Shown: piece by piece, positions 27,448 to 37,780 of the stretch | Layout: each line of letters begins with the position of its first letter | Numbering within the stretch: the first letter of the stretch is position 1 | Assembly (NCBI GenBank): GCA_037142615.1 | Contig: JBAXAI010000008.1 | Coordinates: 69,799-133,798, forward strand | Origin: Spirochaetales bacterium | Lineage (GTDB): Bacteria; Spirochaetota; Spirochaetia; JABEVK01 | Length of the DNA stretch: 64,000 bases | Direction: 5' to 3' | Program-made: the position numbers and the translations under genes | The notes under the pieces: generated by a model | Told to the model about the DNA's origin: nothing | Database searches by the model: none | What the model saw: the letters and a program-made list of their open reading frames with translations, nothing else

Positions 27448-28839
27448 CTAGCGCTTCAGACCGATCAGTTCCTGGAGCATCTGGTCAGCCGTCTGGATGG
27501 TACGGCTGTTGGCCTGGAAACCGCGCTGGGTGACGATCATGTCGGTGAACGCGTCGGCGAGGTCCACGTTGGCCATTTCGAGAGCACCGGCGATGAGTTT
27601 GCCCTTGCCGGCCGTGCCCGAGGCGCCGATATTGGCGTCGCCCGAGTTGTTGGTCTTCTGATAGGTCGAGTCACCGGCCTTTTCGAGGCCGCCCGGGTTG
27701 GTGAAGCTGGCGAGCGCCACCTGGCCCAAGGTGCGGCTGGTTCCGTTGGAATAAACCCCGGTGATCTGGCCGCTGGAGTCGATGCCGAAGTTTTCCAGGT
27801 AGCCCAAGCCATAGCCGTCCTGTCGGTAGCTCTTGTTGCTGTTGGCAGCGGCCGACTGGGTGGTCGAATTGGTGTAGCTGCCCACTTCGCCGATGTTGAG
27901 CGCAAACGTCTGGGTCTCGCCCGGTTGACCGGCGTTCGCGCCATTGACGGTGTAGGTCAAGGGAATCGACAGTTTGCCGGTGTTGCGGGTCTGGCCTGCG
28001 CTGTCGGTCACCGAGGTCAACGCACCCGAGTTGTCAAACTTGACGGTGTAGGTGTTGCCGGTTGCCGGGGTGCCGAAGCCGAGGCCGAGCTTGTTGTCGA
28101 ACGTGGTGTTGGCAGGGTCGATCTTCACGGTGGCCAGCCACTGGTTGGGACCATCGGGAGCCGCAGGGTCGCGCTGGTAGGTGATGCGCAGCTTGTGGGT
28201 GTTGCCGAAGCTGTCGTAAATGTCCTTGTCGACGTCCCAGGTGTTGTCGGCGATGTCTTGCTTGCTCGAGGTCGCGGTCAGCACCGTGGTGTTCTTGTTG
28301 AGGTTACAGGCAAAGTCGACGTTGGTGGTGGCCTTGGCCGGGTCCTTGCTGCCGATGGGAATAGTCAACTGCGAGGTGTCACCGGACGGCTTGACGACAC
28401 TCACGCCGTCGATAGTCTGGGCCATCCAACCCTGCACTTTGAGGCCCGTGGCAGGGTTCACCAGAGTGCCGTTGCTGTCGAGGCCGAACGAGCCGGCGCG
28501 GGTGTAAAAGCTCTTGTCGCCATCCTTGAGGATGAAGAAGCCGTTGCCCTGAAGCGCCACGTCGGTGTTGACGCCGGTGGTCTGCAAGGCACCCTGGGTG
28601 AAGAGCGTGTCAATCGAGGCAATCGTCATGCCCAGGCCGACCTGCTTGGGGTTCACACCGCCGACCTCTTCGTTGGGCTTGGCTGCACCCTGCGTGGTCT
28701 GGCTGATCATGTCCTGGAAGTTCACGCGGCCCTTTTTGAAGCCGGTGGTGTTCACGTTGGAAATGTTGTTGCCGATCACGTCCATGCGCGTCTGGTGGTT
28801 CTGAAGGCCGGAAACACCGGAGTACAGCGATCGCATCAT
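27448..28839 (-). CDS. flgE: Flagellar hook protein FlgE
   Basis: [25 protein letters not shown] and [17 protein letters not shown] motifs; K165 and C178 present. Confidence 0.97.
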   Translation of the reverse strand: MMRSLYSGVSGLQNHQTRMDVIGNNISNVNTTGFKKGRVNFQDMISQTTQGAAKPNEEVGGVNPKQVGLGMTIASIDTLFTQGALQTTGVNTDVALQGNGFFILKDGDKSFYTRAGSFGLDSNGTLVNPATGLKVQGWMAQTIDGVSVVKPSGDTSQLTIPIGSKDPAKATTNVDFACNLNKNTTVLTATSSKQDIADNTWDVDKDIYDSFGNTHKLRITYQRDPAAPDGPNQWLATVKIDPANTTFDNKLGLGFGTPATGNTYTVKFDNSGALTSVTDSAGQTRNTGKLSIPLTYTVNGANAGQPGETQTFALNIGEVGSYTNSTTQSAAANSNKSYRQDGYGLGYLENFGIDSSGQITGVYSNGTSRTLGQVALASFTNPGGLEKAGDSTYQKTNNSGDANIGASGTAGKGKLIAGALEMANVDLADAFTDMIVTQRGFQANSRTIQTADQMLQELIGLKR

Positions 28840-28840
28840 A

Positions 28841-29302
28841 TTATTTGCCCTCCACTTGGCTGATCTTCTGAACGGTTGAATAGTCGTAATATTTGTCGCC
28901 GACCAGCACCTGCGGGAACTGCCCGGGCGTCACTTCGGTCACCGTGCCCTTCACGAGTTCGCCGTTGGCGAGGATCTCGACGCTCTTGCCGAGCGTGCTG
29001 ACTGCCTGGCTGGCGTTGAGCACGCTTTGCACCTTGCCGAAGCTCGTGCTCATGTTGGTCATTTGCTCGAGCGACGAGAACTGGGCCATCTGGGCGATGA
29101 AGTCCTTGTCTTGCATGGGCGCGGTGGGGTCCTGCGTGGTGAGCTGGGTGATGAGAATCTTGAGAAAGTCGTCTTTTCCCAGATTCTGCGAGCCCTGGGC
29201 CTTCCCGCCGGCGATGATCTTGTTGAAAGTGTCGACCTGCTGGGCCACTTTGGCCTGGTCGATCGTGCTCATCTGGGGATTGATGCTGCTGATTGCGTCC
29301 AT
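28841..29302 (-). CDS. flgD: Hook capping protein FlgD
   Basis: [33 protein letters not shown] motif. Confidence 0.95.
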   Translation of the reverse strand: MDAISSINPQMSTIDQAKVAQQVDTFNKIIAGGKAQGSQNLGKDDFLKILITQLTTQDPTAPMQDKDFIAQMAQFSSLEQMTNMSTSFGKVQSVLNASQAVSTLGKSVEILANGELVKGTVTEVTPGQFPQVLVGDKYYDYSTVQKISQVEGK

Positions 29303-29315
29303 CGTTGTTTCCTTT

Positions 29316-30572
29316 TTACGCCGTCAAGTTCACTTGTCTGTCGGTCCAGGCGCTGATGCGGTTGGCCGCGGCAAACTCGCCCGAATCGACTGCCACGTTC
29401 TTGCCGTAGGTGGCCGCCTGGGCTGCCGAACGGCCTTGCCGGTCCTGGGTTTGCCCTTGCTGGCCGTTGCCTACCGACACCTGGATGTTCATGTCGCCGA
29501 AGCCACCCTCACGGAACGACTGGAGCAACTGCCCCATGTTGTCCTGCAGGATTTCCTTCACGGTTTGATTCTCGACAAAAATCTCGCCGGCTAAATGGGT
29601 GTCGTTCAGATTCAGCGCGACTTTGATTTTGCCCAAGGTTTCGGGGTAGAGCGTCATGTGAATCTCGCCTTGGTTGTCGTTCTTGAGGATGATGCGGGCC
29701 TGTTCGACCAGTTGACCGTAACCTTTTTCGACCAGGAACTTCTGGAAGGCGGCGGCATCCTGAGGAGCGACGGGCGTGTTCTTGGGCTGAACATCGTTGT
29801 TTCCCTGCCCTTTGCCTGTCACCGTTTGAAAGACAACCTGTACCCCGTCGACCGGTTTGGTCTCGGTAGTTTTCGCGGCAGAGACCGTAACCTGGGCTAT
29901 CGTCGGGCTGTTCGCCTCCCCTTCGGCGTCGGCTCTTTTGGCCTTGTCCTTGTCGGTGCGTTTGTCGACCACGGTGATCTTGGGCTTGGCGTCATCCTTT
30001 TCGGCTTTCTTGGCTTCGGCCTTCACCAGAGTGTCAAAGCGCAGTTCTGCGCCCGGGGCCTTGTCGGAGGTTGGTTTTTCGGCCGCAGGCTTGGTAGCCA
30101 CCTTCACTTTGGCTCTTTCGGCAGCCTCGTTGGGCGAGTCTTCCTTGGCGGCCTTGGCGCTCGACAGCCCTGGGGTTGCGGTGTTTGACGGGGCGGCCTG
30201 GGTCGGCTGCGCAGGGTGCGCCACCAGAAGCGCGAGCGCGGCCTCACTTTCTCCGACGGCCTTCTTTTCTTTGGGATCGGCTTTTTTTTCGGCCTTGGCG
30301 GGAACAGCCTCGGGTGCGGCGGTTTGTTTCGGTGCGACCTTCGCGGGAGCCGCCTGGGGAACCAGGGGCTTATCGGAAGGTTTGACCTCGGTCTTCGGCG
30401 TCTCGGTGACCGGCTTCTTCGCGGTCAGGGCCTTGAGTTTGGCCTCGAACGATTCACCTGCTTTGGGAGCGGCGCCTGCCGAAGGGGCAGGAACTCCGGA
30501 AAGGGCGTTTTTGCTCGGGGCGTTCTTGGTCAGGGCTTTCCCCGCATCGAAATGCGGGAGGGCTAACGACAT
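29316..30572 (-). CDS. fliK: Hook-length control protein FliK
   Basis: A/K/P-rich disordered N-terminus; C-terminal [13 protein letters not shown] domain. Confidence 0.88.
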   Translation of the reverse strand: MSLALPHFDAGKALTKNAPSKNALSGVPAPSAGAAPKAGESFEAKLKALTAKKPVTETPKTEVKPSDKPLVPQAAPAKVAPKQTAAPEAVPAKAEKKADPKEKKAVGESEAALALLVAHPAQPTQAAPSNTATPGLSSAKAAKEDSPNEAAERAKVKVATKPAAEKPTSDKAPGAELRFDTLVKAEAKKAEKDDAKPKITVVDKRTDKDKAKRADAEGEANSPTIAQVTVSAAKTTETKPVDGVQVVFQTVTGKGQGNNDVQPKNTPVAPQDAAAFQKFLVEKGYGQLVEQARIILKNDNQGEIHMTLYPETLGKIKVALNLNDTHLAGEIFVENQTVKEILQDNMGQLLQSFREGGFGDMNIQVSVGNGQQGQTQDRQGRSAAQAATYGKNVAVDSGEFAAANRISAWTDRQVNLTA

Positions 30573-30613
30573 GCAAACCTCCGTGGTGGCCTTGGCCTCC
30601 CGGAGGGGAAGCG

Positions 30614-31243
30614 TCAGCTACCGGTTTTGCGAGCCATTTTCCGCTGTATTGCGGCCGCCCGTTCCGGAGGGAACTTGGCAAGCCAAGCAGAAACGATGGA
30701 AGCGGTCCCGTTGGCCTTGGCCAGGTCTTCAGTCACCCGGAACAGGTCAATCAGGTCTTGGTCTTCCATCTTGAGCAGAATCTCGACGGCCGTTTTGGGC
30801 GGCATGTTCGTCAGATACTTCGAGTTCTGCACAAGGTTCGCCTTCTTATCGTCGGCGGCTTTCACGGCTTCGTTAAACGAATTCTGCTGGTCTTCGAGAG
30901 CCTTTTGCTGCTCGGCCAGGGCATTTTGCTTTTGCAGCACATCGTCGTTCTGTTTCTTGAGGTCAACCGTCGCCAGCCCGAGTTCTTCTTGCAGCAAGGT
31001 CAGCGACTGCTCACGCTTGATCAGCCGCTCGCGGTCGAGGAGCAGAGGATCCTCAGCGTTGATGGTGCGCTCGGTGCTCGTCATGCCGAACAACTTGAGG
31101 GCGGGCAAGGCCATGGTGCGCACATCGACCAGACCCAAAATATCCAGCCACAGGAGCCCCACGGCCGAGAGCACGAGGATGAGCAGCAGCAGGCCGAAAA
31201 TACGGCCGAGCACATTGGCACTTCTGCGAGGGGTCTTAGCCAA
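30614..31243 (-). CDS. flbB: Spirochete periplasmic flagellar collar protein FlbB
   Basis: TM helix, LLLDRERL coiled coil, MPPKTAVEIL and SIVSAWL..PERAAAIQRKM. Confidence 0.85.
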   Translation of the reverse strand: MAKTPRRSANVLGRIFGLLLLILVLSAVGLLWLDILGLVDVRTMALPALKLFGMTSTERTINAEDPLLLDRERLIKREQSLTLLQEELGLATVDLKKQNDDVLQKQNALAEQQKALEDQQNSFNEAVKAADDKKANLVQNSKYLTNMPPKTAVEILLKMEDQDLIDLFRVTEDLAKANGTASIVSAWLAKFPPERAAAIQRKMARKTGS

Positions 31244-31697
31244 GCGAGTCCTCCACCGGGGTCATTTTGCGGATAAACGCCGCCGTATTCAAGTCGTCCA
31301 GACGCAACACTTCGCGGTGTTCTTCCTCGTCCTGGAACTCTTCGAGCTTCTTTTCCGAGAGTTTCTCGAGCACCTTCATTTTTTTACGGGCCTCGACGTA
31401 GAGAGCGAGCTTGTCGTCACGCTCGATGAGCTTGGCGGCCAACAGTTTTTCCTGCTTTTCGATATCGAGACCCAAACGCTGACCGTACAGGTCGTAGCTG
31501 CGCAGTGCGCTCCAGTCGTTGCCAGCCAAGTCACGTTGGCGAAAAGAGTTCTGCCGTCGAACCATCAAGTCCGTGATCTTCAGTTCCAGAACACGCACTT
31601 GCCCGTTGACCACCGAAAGCGCCTGAGCGGCGGTTTTTTCCTGGGCGGCGCGCAGGTCGAGGATCTTCTGGAGGCGGAAGCGGAAGCGCCGGGCCAT
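31236..31697 (-). CDS. fliJ: Flagellar export chaperone FliJ
   Basis: RRFRFRLQKILDLR and KVLEKLSEK motifs. Confidence 0.9.
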   Translation of the reverse strand: MARRFRFRLQKILDLRAAQEKTAAQALSVVNGQVRVLELKITDLMVRRQNSFRQRDLAGNDWSALRSYDLYGQRLGLDIEKQEKLLAAKLIERDDKLALYVEARKKMKVLEKLSEKKLEEFQDEEEHREVLRLDDLNTAAFIRKMTPVEDSLG

Positions 31698-33052
31698 CAG
31701 GCGTCCTCGGTCGAGGCCTCGGGGGCAGCCAACCCCGCGATGGCGGCGGCGCGTTGCAGGGTTTGCAGGTAGGGGGCCTTTTCTTCGACCTTCTGCACGA
31801 GGAACTCGCGGATCTCCTTGTACTTTTTGATGGCGAGATCAATCTCTGGGTTGGAGCCGGCGGCGTAAGCCCCCGCATTGATGAGGTCTTCGGCCTCGGT
31901 GTAGACGGCCAAATGACGGCGGAGCACCTGGAAGGCCTCGCGGGCCAGCGGACTGGTGATTTTGCCGGCCAGGCGGCTGACCGACTTGAGCACATCGACG
32001 GCCGGGTAATGCGAGCGTTCGGCCAGTCGGCGCGAAAGCACGATGTGCCCGTCGAGGATGCCGCGCACGCTGTCGGCGATGGGGTCGTCCATGTCGTCGC
32101 CATCGACGAGAATCGTGTACAAGCCGGTGATGGTGCCCACTTTGGCGGTCCCTGCGCGCTCGAGCAATTTGGGCAACAGGCTGAACACGCTCGGGGTGTA
32201 GCCTTGCCGCGCCGGGGGTTCACCGACGGCCAGCCCGATCTCGCGCTGGGCGTACGCAAAGCGCGTCACCGAGTCGAACAGCAGCATCACGTCCTTCCCT
32301 TGGTCGCGGAAGTACTCTGCAACGGCAGTCGCCACGTAGGCACCCCGCAGGCGAGCCAAGGCGGGTGTGTTCGACGTGCTGACGATGATCACCGACCGCT
32401 TGAGGCCTTCCTCGCCGAGTTCGCTTTCGATGAACTCGTTGACTTCGCGGCCGCGTTCGCCGATCAGCGCGACCACGTTGATGTCGGCACTGGTGTTGCG
32501 GGCTATCATGCCCAAGAGCGTGCTCTTGCCCACGCCGGAGCCGGCGAAAATGCCCATGCGCTGCCCTCGGCCGAGCGGAATGAGCGCGTCGATGGAGCGC
32601 ACGCCGGTGGCCACTTTGCGGTGGATGCGCCCGCGGTCCAGGGCTTCGGGCGGGTTGTGGACGGCTGGGTAGCGGAGCGTAGAGCCGATTTCGCCCTTGC
32701 CGTCGATGGGGTGGCCCATGCCGTCGAGCACGCGGCCGAGAAGCTTGTCGGACACCGCCACGTGGAGCGATTCGCCCATGGCCTTGACCCGGCAACCGAT
32801 CTCGAGGCCGTCGACCTCTTGGTAGGGCATCAACTGCACCACTTTGCCGTGCAAACCCACCACCTCGGCCCACACCTCGCGGGCGTCCTGGCCGGGGCCG
32901 GTCGAGCCCAGTTCGATGCGGCACAGTTCGCCGACCACCGCCTGCGGGCCGAGAGCCTCGATCAGCAGACCCTGCACCCGGGTCACGCGGCCAACGAACT
33001 TCTGAGGGTCGGTGTTTTCAACCGTCGTAAGGTACTTGTCGAGCAGCGTCAT
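31697..33052 (-). CDS. fliI: Flagellum-specific ATPase FliI
   Basis: GSGVGKS, IGERGREV and DSVTRFA motifs. Start reset to ATG 33052. Confidence 0.96.
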   Translation of the reverse strand: MTLLDKYLTTVENTDPQKFVGRVTRVQGLLIEALGPQAVVGELCRIELGSTGPGQDAREVWAEVVGLHGKVVQLMPYQEVDGLEIGCRVKAMGESLHVAVSDKLLGRVLDGMGHPIDGKGEIGSTLRYPAVHNPPEALDRGRIHRKVATGVRSIDALIPLGRGQRMGIFAGSGVGKSTLLGMIARNTSADINVVALIGERGREVNEFIESELGEEGLKRSVIIVSTSNTPALARLRGAYVATAVAEYFRDQGKDVMLLFDSVTRFAYAQREIGLAVGEPPARQGYTPSVFSLLPKLLERAGTAKVGTITGLYTILVDGDDMDDPIADSVRGILDGHIVLSRRLAERSHYPAVDVLKSVSRLAGKITSPLAREAFQVLRRHLAVYTEAEDLINAGAYAAGSNPEIDLAIKKYKEIREFLVQKVEEKAPYLQTLQRAAAIAGLAAPEASTEDA

Positions 33053-33056
33053 AGAA

Positions 33057-33992
33057 CTACCCGTTCTGCCCGGTGGGCTTGGCGTCGGTCTTGGCCCGGA
33101 TCGGCGCCATTTCGAGGATCTTTTCTTCGATCTCGGCGAACTGGCTGGCGATCTTGGCGTCGATTTCGCCGAAGTCGGTCTCGATGACGGCACCGCCCTG
33201 GTCGACGCTGGTGTCTTCCATCACGGTGATCGATTTGACGTTTTCGACCATCGACAGGAACTCCTTGATGTGCTCGGTGGTTACCTTGAGGTCTTCCAGG
33301 TTCACCCGGACCACCACGTCGCCGCGCGTCTTGAGCTTGCGCAGGGCCTGGAGCACGTTGTTGATCACCACGTTGCGCTGGTTTTCGCTGATCACCTTCA
33401 CCACTTTCTTGGCAATGAGGATGACGAGGCTGACCAACTGCGTTTCGGTGCCCTCGATGATCTCCTGACGCTTTTCGATGAGCTTTTCGATGATAACGTG
33501 GATGCGCTCCACCAGGCGGGCGACCTCGGAAGCTCCTTCGGTGTAGCCTTGCTGATAGCCTTCGGCGGCGGCCTTTTTGCGGGCAGCCTCCTCAAGGTCG
33601 GCGATGCGGGCCCGGGCCTCGGCCTCGGACTGTTCGGCGATGCGCCTTCCATCGTCGATCAGCGACTGGGCGGTCTTTTCGGCCTCGATGCGTAGTTGCA
33701 GGGCGTCTTCTTTTTCCTTCTTGATGAGCTCAAACGCTGCCGTCTCCGCTTCCTTGAGGATTTCTAGCTTCTGCAGTTCGGCTTCCTGGATCATTCGACC
33801 ACGTTCGGAGGCCCATTGTTCCTTGAAGGCGTCGGCCTCGCGCCGCAGGTCGTCGGCGGTCGGCCCGTGATACTCGTCGGCTTCCTCGAGCACCTCGACC
33901 TCGGCGGGCGTGAATTGCGCAGGTGCCTTGATCGACACGATGTCGGCCAGAGTGTTCTTGAACTCGTAGGGTCGGAAAACGTTTTTAGCCAT
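33057..33992 (-). CDS. fliH: Flagellar assembly protein FliH
   Basis: GYQQGYTEG repeats and GGAVIETDFGEIDAKI motif. Confidence 0.94.
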   Translation of the reverse strand: MAKNVFRPYEFKNTLADIVSIKAPAQFTPAEVEVLEEADEYHGPTADDLRREADAFKEQWASERGRMIQEAELQKLEILKEAETAAFELIKKEKEDALQLRIEAEKTAQSLIDDGRRIAEQSEAEARARIADLEEAARKKAAAEGYQQGYTEGASEVARLVERIHVIIEKLIEKRQEIIEGTETQLVSLVILIAKKVVKVISENQRNVVINNVLQALRKLKTRGDVVVRVNLEDLKVTTEHIKEFLSMVENVKSITVMEDTSVDQGGAVIETDFGEIDAKIASQFAEIEEKILEMAPIRAKTDAKPTGQNG

Positions 33993-34022
33993 GGAGGACT
34001 ACCTTTTCACTAGATTCAAGGC

Positions 34023-34164
34023 GAAACGCTTTCGGCCCGTAGCGAGGAAGCCAGCGCGCAAGCCGACCCCGCACCGAGAGACGCAGCGTGTCTTTGACAC
34101 GTGAGGCTTCGAGGCAGGGCTCGGCGCCGTCGCGATGGCTCCGCAGTAGGGCCCAAAGCGTTTC
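34023..34164 (-). repeat. ERIC-like long imperfect palindrome, copy A (fliG-fliH intergenic)
   Basis: GAAACGCTTT/AAAGCGTTTC terminal arms; core CTCACGTGTC-AAA-GACACGCTGCG; shares motifs with 63772-63904. Confidence 0.8.
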
Positions 34165-35233
34165 ATACAAGGACATCTTCTTCTCCGCTGCGCGCAATGA
34201 CGACTTCGCCGGCTTCTTCGAGCTTGCGGATGACGGCCACGATCTTCTGCTGGGCTTCTTCGACGTCCTTTCGGCGGGTGGGGCCCATGAACTCCATGTC
34301 TTCCTTGAGCAGGCTGGCTGCACGCTTGGACATGTTGCGGAAGATCTTGTCTTGCACCTCGCTGTCGACGCTTTTGAGCGCCTTGGAGAGTTCCGCCGTA
34401 TCCACTTCGCGCAGAACTTTCTGGATGGCCTTGTCGTCGAGCATGACGATGTCTTCGAACACGAACATGCGCTTCTTGATCTCTTCGGCGAGTTCGGGAT
34501 CGTCCTCTTCGAGCGTTTCGATGATCTGGCGTTCGGTGGTGCGGTCGACCATGTTCAAAATGTCGACGATGGAGTCGACACCGCCGGCGGCCGTGTAGTC
34601 CTCACTCGACAGCGTCGAGAGCTTCTTTTCGAGCACGCGTTCCACTTCGCGCAGAACGTCGGGAGACGTGCGGTCCATCGTGGCGATGCGCTTGGCGACG
34701 TCGGACTGTATCTCACTGGGCAACTGGCCCAGAATCACCGAGGCCTTCGCTGGTTCCAGGTAAGCCAAAATCAACGCAATGGTCTGCGGGTGCTCCTGCT
34801 GGATGAAGTTCATCAGGTGGGCCGGGTCGGTGCGCCGGATGAAGTCAAACGGACGCGTCTGCAAACTGCTGGTGAGGCGGTTGATGATGTCGACGGCCTT
34901 TTGGTTGCCGAGGGACTTTTCGAGCAGTTCGCGGGCGTAGTCGATACCACCGGTGGTGATGAACTCCTGCGCCATCATCAGGTCGCGGAACTCCAGGAGA
35001 ACCGCGTCGCGCGATTCCGAGTCCACCGAGTCCAAACGGGCAATCTCGAAGGTCAGGGCTTCAATCTCATCTTCGCGCAGATGTTTGAAAATCTCGGCCG
35101 AGATTTCGGAGCCCAGGGTGACAAGGAAGACCGCCGCTTTCTGGCGGCCGGTCATGTCCATCTTTCCGCCCTTCTTGCCACCCTTCGCGGGCTTGTCTTC
35201 GCCCGCCGGTGCCGCACCTTTTGCTTTAGCCAT
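34163..35233 (-). CDS. fliG: Flagellar motor switch protein FliG
   Basis: GGIDYA, EHPQTIALIL and MFVFEDI motifs. Confidence 0.97.
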   Translation of the reverse strand: MAKAKGAAPAGEDKPAKGGKKGGKMDMTGRQKAAVFLVTLGSEISAEIFKHLREDEIEALTFEIARLDSVDSESRDAVLLEFRDLMMAQEFITTGGIDYARELLEKSLGNQKAVDIINRLTSSLQTRPFDFIRRTDPAHLMNFIQQEHPQTIALILAYLEPAKASVILGQLPSEIQSDVAKRIATMDRTSPDVLREVERVLEKKLSTLSSEDYTAAGGVDSIVDILNMVDRTTERQIIETLEEDDPELAEEIKKRMFVFEDIVMLDDKAIQKVLREVDTAELSKALKSVDSEVQDKIFRNMSKRAASLLKEDMEFMGPTRRKDVEEAQQKIVAVIRKLEEAGEVVIARSGEEDVLV

Positions 35234-35236
35234 GGG

Positions 35237-36943
35237 TTATTCCTCTGCCATCCAAGTTCTAATCAACTGCGCGACGTCCGCGGGATGCTCGCGCGCCATG
35301 TTGATCGCCGTTTCCTGAAGTTCGAGGCGGGCCCGTTCGGCCACCGACATTTCGACCTGAACGCCTTCTTCTTCCGCACTCCGCAAGGCCGCCTCGCGCA
35401 TCGCCTGGTGCTGCCGCGACAGCTCTTCTTCGCGCAGGCGCCGTCGGCGTTCCATCTCGCGGCTCACGATGCGGAACACGGCAAAGGCCACGAGCAACAC
35501 CACCAGACCGACGATGACGACGAGCATGGTGTTTTGCAGTTGCTGCTGCGACCGGTACTCGGCGTTTTCCTTCTCAAATTGGTCGGTGCGGTCGAAGGCG
35601 ATGTTCTCGACGGCAACTTGGTCGCCTCGGGCCGAATTGTAACCGATCGACGCCTGGAGGATGGACTTGGCCTGCTGGATGGCCTGCTGGGTCAGCGCCT
35701 CGTAGGTGCGCTTGATGTTGCCGTTGGCCTCGACATCGACGGTTCCGTCGGCCTTGTAGACCTTTTTCCAGGTGCCGTCGAGCGCCACGGCCAAGCTCAC
35801 CCCGTCGATGCGGATGGGGCTCTTTTCGATGGTCGACTTTTCGGTGTTGATGGCGTTGTTGACGATGTTGGCGTCTTTGCTGTAATTGCCCACCAGGTTG
35901 GCCAGATCCTTGTAGGCGGGAGGCGTTTGCCCTTCCTGGCCAGCGGGGCCCTCGGGGTTGAACCCGGTACCCGAGAAGTTTTCCTTGTTGCTCGACTGCG
36001 AGAGGACAATCGAGGGAACCACAACGGCCGGTTCGTTGGTAGCGGGGTTGGCGGCGGTCATCGTGATGGGAGTGTGCTCTTCCTTGGCCATGCTCTGCAC
36101 GTCGGTGTTGAGCTTGAGGTCAAGCTTGACGATGCGCACGCGGTCGCTCTTGTAAATGGTCTGCAACGCCGAAAGGATGGTGTCGGAGTACTGGGCCTCC
36201 ATCTTGCGCTTGAAGTCCATTTCGCGCTTGCCGAGTTCCAAGCGGTCCATGCCGGCCATGCCCGCAAAGTCATTGAGCACGATGCCGCTCTGGTCGGTGA
36301 CGGTGACGTTTTCGGCCTTGAGCCCGGGAATGGCAAAGGTGATGAGTTTGACGATGCCTTCGATCTTCTTGCGGTTGGTGGCAATGTCGCTGCCCGGGCG
36401 CGGTGTGATGCGCACGCTCGCGGTGGTGGCTTTTTGGTCTTCCTTGAACAGCGAGTCAGTGGGCATCACCAGCATGACGTTGACCGCATCGACGTCGTCG
36501 AGTGAGCCGATGTGCTGTTCCAGGGCTTGAGTCATCGCCCGCTGCTTGTTGATGTCGCGCTCAAAGTCGGTGATGGTCCAGCGTTCCACGTCAAAGATGG
36601 CAAAGGGATCCACGCTGGTCGGAATGAGTCCTTCGCGGAACAAGATGGCGTTGGCGCGGGTCTTGGTCTTGGCGTCGTTCACGTAGATGCGACCATCGTC
36701 TGGCAGGGTGTAGGCAATGCCTTCCTGGTCGAGGCGCGCGGTGATGGCGGCCACGGCGTTGGTATCCTTGATCACCTGCCCGATAAGCGCGACCCGACTG
36801 GGCTGGGCCGACATAGTGGTGACCAGCACGAGGCCGGCCAAGGCCGCGACCACGATGCCGATCAGCGTGAGCTTCTGGACCAGAGACCACTTTCCCCAAA
36901 GTGTCTTGATCTGTTCCGTCAGCCGTTTGATGAAATCGTTCAT
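35237..36943 (-). CDS. fliF: Flagellar MS-ring protein FliF
   Basis: Two TM helices; TDFER, TASVRI and RGDQVAVENIAF motifs. Confidence 0.95.
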   Translation of the reverse strand: MNDFIKRLTEQIKTLWGKWSLVQKLTLIGIVVAALAGLVLVTTMSAQPSRVALIGQVIKDTNAVAAITARLDQEGIAYTLPDDGRIYVNDAKTKTRANAILFREGLIPTSVDPFAIFDVERWTITDFERDINKQRAMTQALEQHIGSLDDVDAVNVMLVMPTDSLFKEDQKATTASVRITPRPGSDIATNRKKIEGIVKLITFAIPGLKAENVTVTDQSGIVLNDFAGMAGMDRLELGKREMDFKRKMEAQYSDTILSALQTIYKSDRVRIVKLDLKLNTDVQSMAKEEHTPITMTAANPATNEPAVVVPSIVLSQSSNKENFSGTGFNPEGPAGQEGQTPPAYKDLANLVGNYSKDANIVNNAINTEKSTIEKSPIRIDGVSLAVALDGTWKKVYKADGTVDVEANGNIKRTYEALTQQAIQQAKSILQASIGYNSARGDQVAVENIAFDRTDQFEKENAEYRSQQQLQNTMLVVIVGLVVLLVAFAVFRIVSREMERRRRLREEELSRQHQAMREAALRSAEEEGVQVEMSVAERARLELQETAINMAREHPADVAQLIRTWMAEE

Positions 36944-36974
36944 TTCCCCTCCCGAAGAAACGACTCTCGTCGTC

Positions 36975-37307
36975 TTATCTCATGTTGATGATGTCGCGGT
37001 AGGCCTGCACGGCGCGCTCCACGACGGTCTTGGCCAGGTTGAGGCTCATCGAGGCCTCGGCGGCGGCCAAAGTCACGTCATGCACGTCGACGCTGTTCGG
37101 ATCGGTGACCATCTTCTGGTACAGGTCCGTGGCCTTGATCTGGCTGTTGTTGACGCCCTCGATGGCGCTTACCATAGCGTCCTGAAAGGTTGCTTTGGTC
37201 GGGTCGTCGAGCGCGGAGTTCTTCCCGGCGAGGTCGAACTGGCGCACATCGGTGCGTAGCAGGTCTATTTTGTTGCCGGTGGCTTGCGAAATGTTCATGA
37301 GGTCCAT
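36975..37307 (-). CDS. fliE: Hook-basal body protein FliE
   Basis: VDVHDVTLAAAEASMSL..AYRDIINMR motif. Confidence 0.94.
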   Translation of the reverse strand: MDLMNISQATGNKIDLLRTDVRQFDLAGKNSALDDPTKATFQDAMVSAIEGVNNSQIKATDLYQKMVTDPNSVDVHDVTLAAAEASMSLNLAKTVVERAVQAYRDIINMR

Positions 37308-37312
37308 TTAGG

Positions 37313-37768
37313 CTATCTCCCTATCTCTAAAGCTTTTGAGAACATGGCTTTCGCCCCGTTGATGAGCGTGACGTTGGCTTCGTAAGCCCTTGAGGCGTCG
37401 ATCATATCGACCATTTCGTTCACCACGTTGACATTCGGCATTTGCACGTAGCCGGCCTGCGGCCCGGTCTTGATGGCGTCGGGGTGCGTCGGGTCGTACT
37501 TGAGCACCGGCGGCGAGTTGTCTTTTTCGATCTTGTTGACCCTCACGCCCTTGCCGATGCCGTTGTCGAGGCTGTCGGGCAAGAACGGCGTTCGCCAGTA
37601 CGGCTGGTTCACCACAGGCCGAAAGATGACCCGGCTGCGCTGGAACGGCCCACCCTCGGCGGTTCGGGTCGTGGTCGCGTTGGCGAGGTTGTCGGAAATC
37701 ACATCGAGGCGCAGGCGCTGGGCCGAGAGACCGCTCGAGGATGTCAGGATGCTTCCAAAGAGACTCAT
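37313..37768 (-). CDS. flgC: Basal-body rod protein FlgC
   Basis: YDPTHPDA and PNVNVVNEMVDMIDASRAYEAN motifs. Confidence 0.96.
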   Translation of the reverse strand: MSLFGSILTSSSGLSAQRLRLDVISDNLANATTTRTAEGGPFQRSRVIFRPVVNQPYWRTPFLPDSLDNGIGKGVRVNKIEKDNSPPVLKYDPTHPDAIKTGPQAGYVQMPNVNVVNEMVDMIDASRAYEANVTLINGAKAMFSKALEIGR

Positions 37769-37780
37769 GGGTTACCTTCC

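Noticed and set aside
33985-34323. 112-aa ORF, and a short ATGA-coupled ORF, between fliG and fliH
   Set aside because: Both read through the palindromic repeat element and the fliG 3' end; better explained as non-coding.
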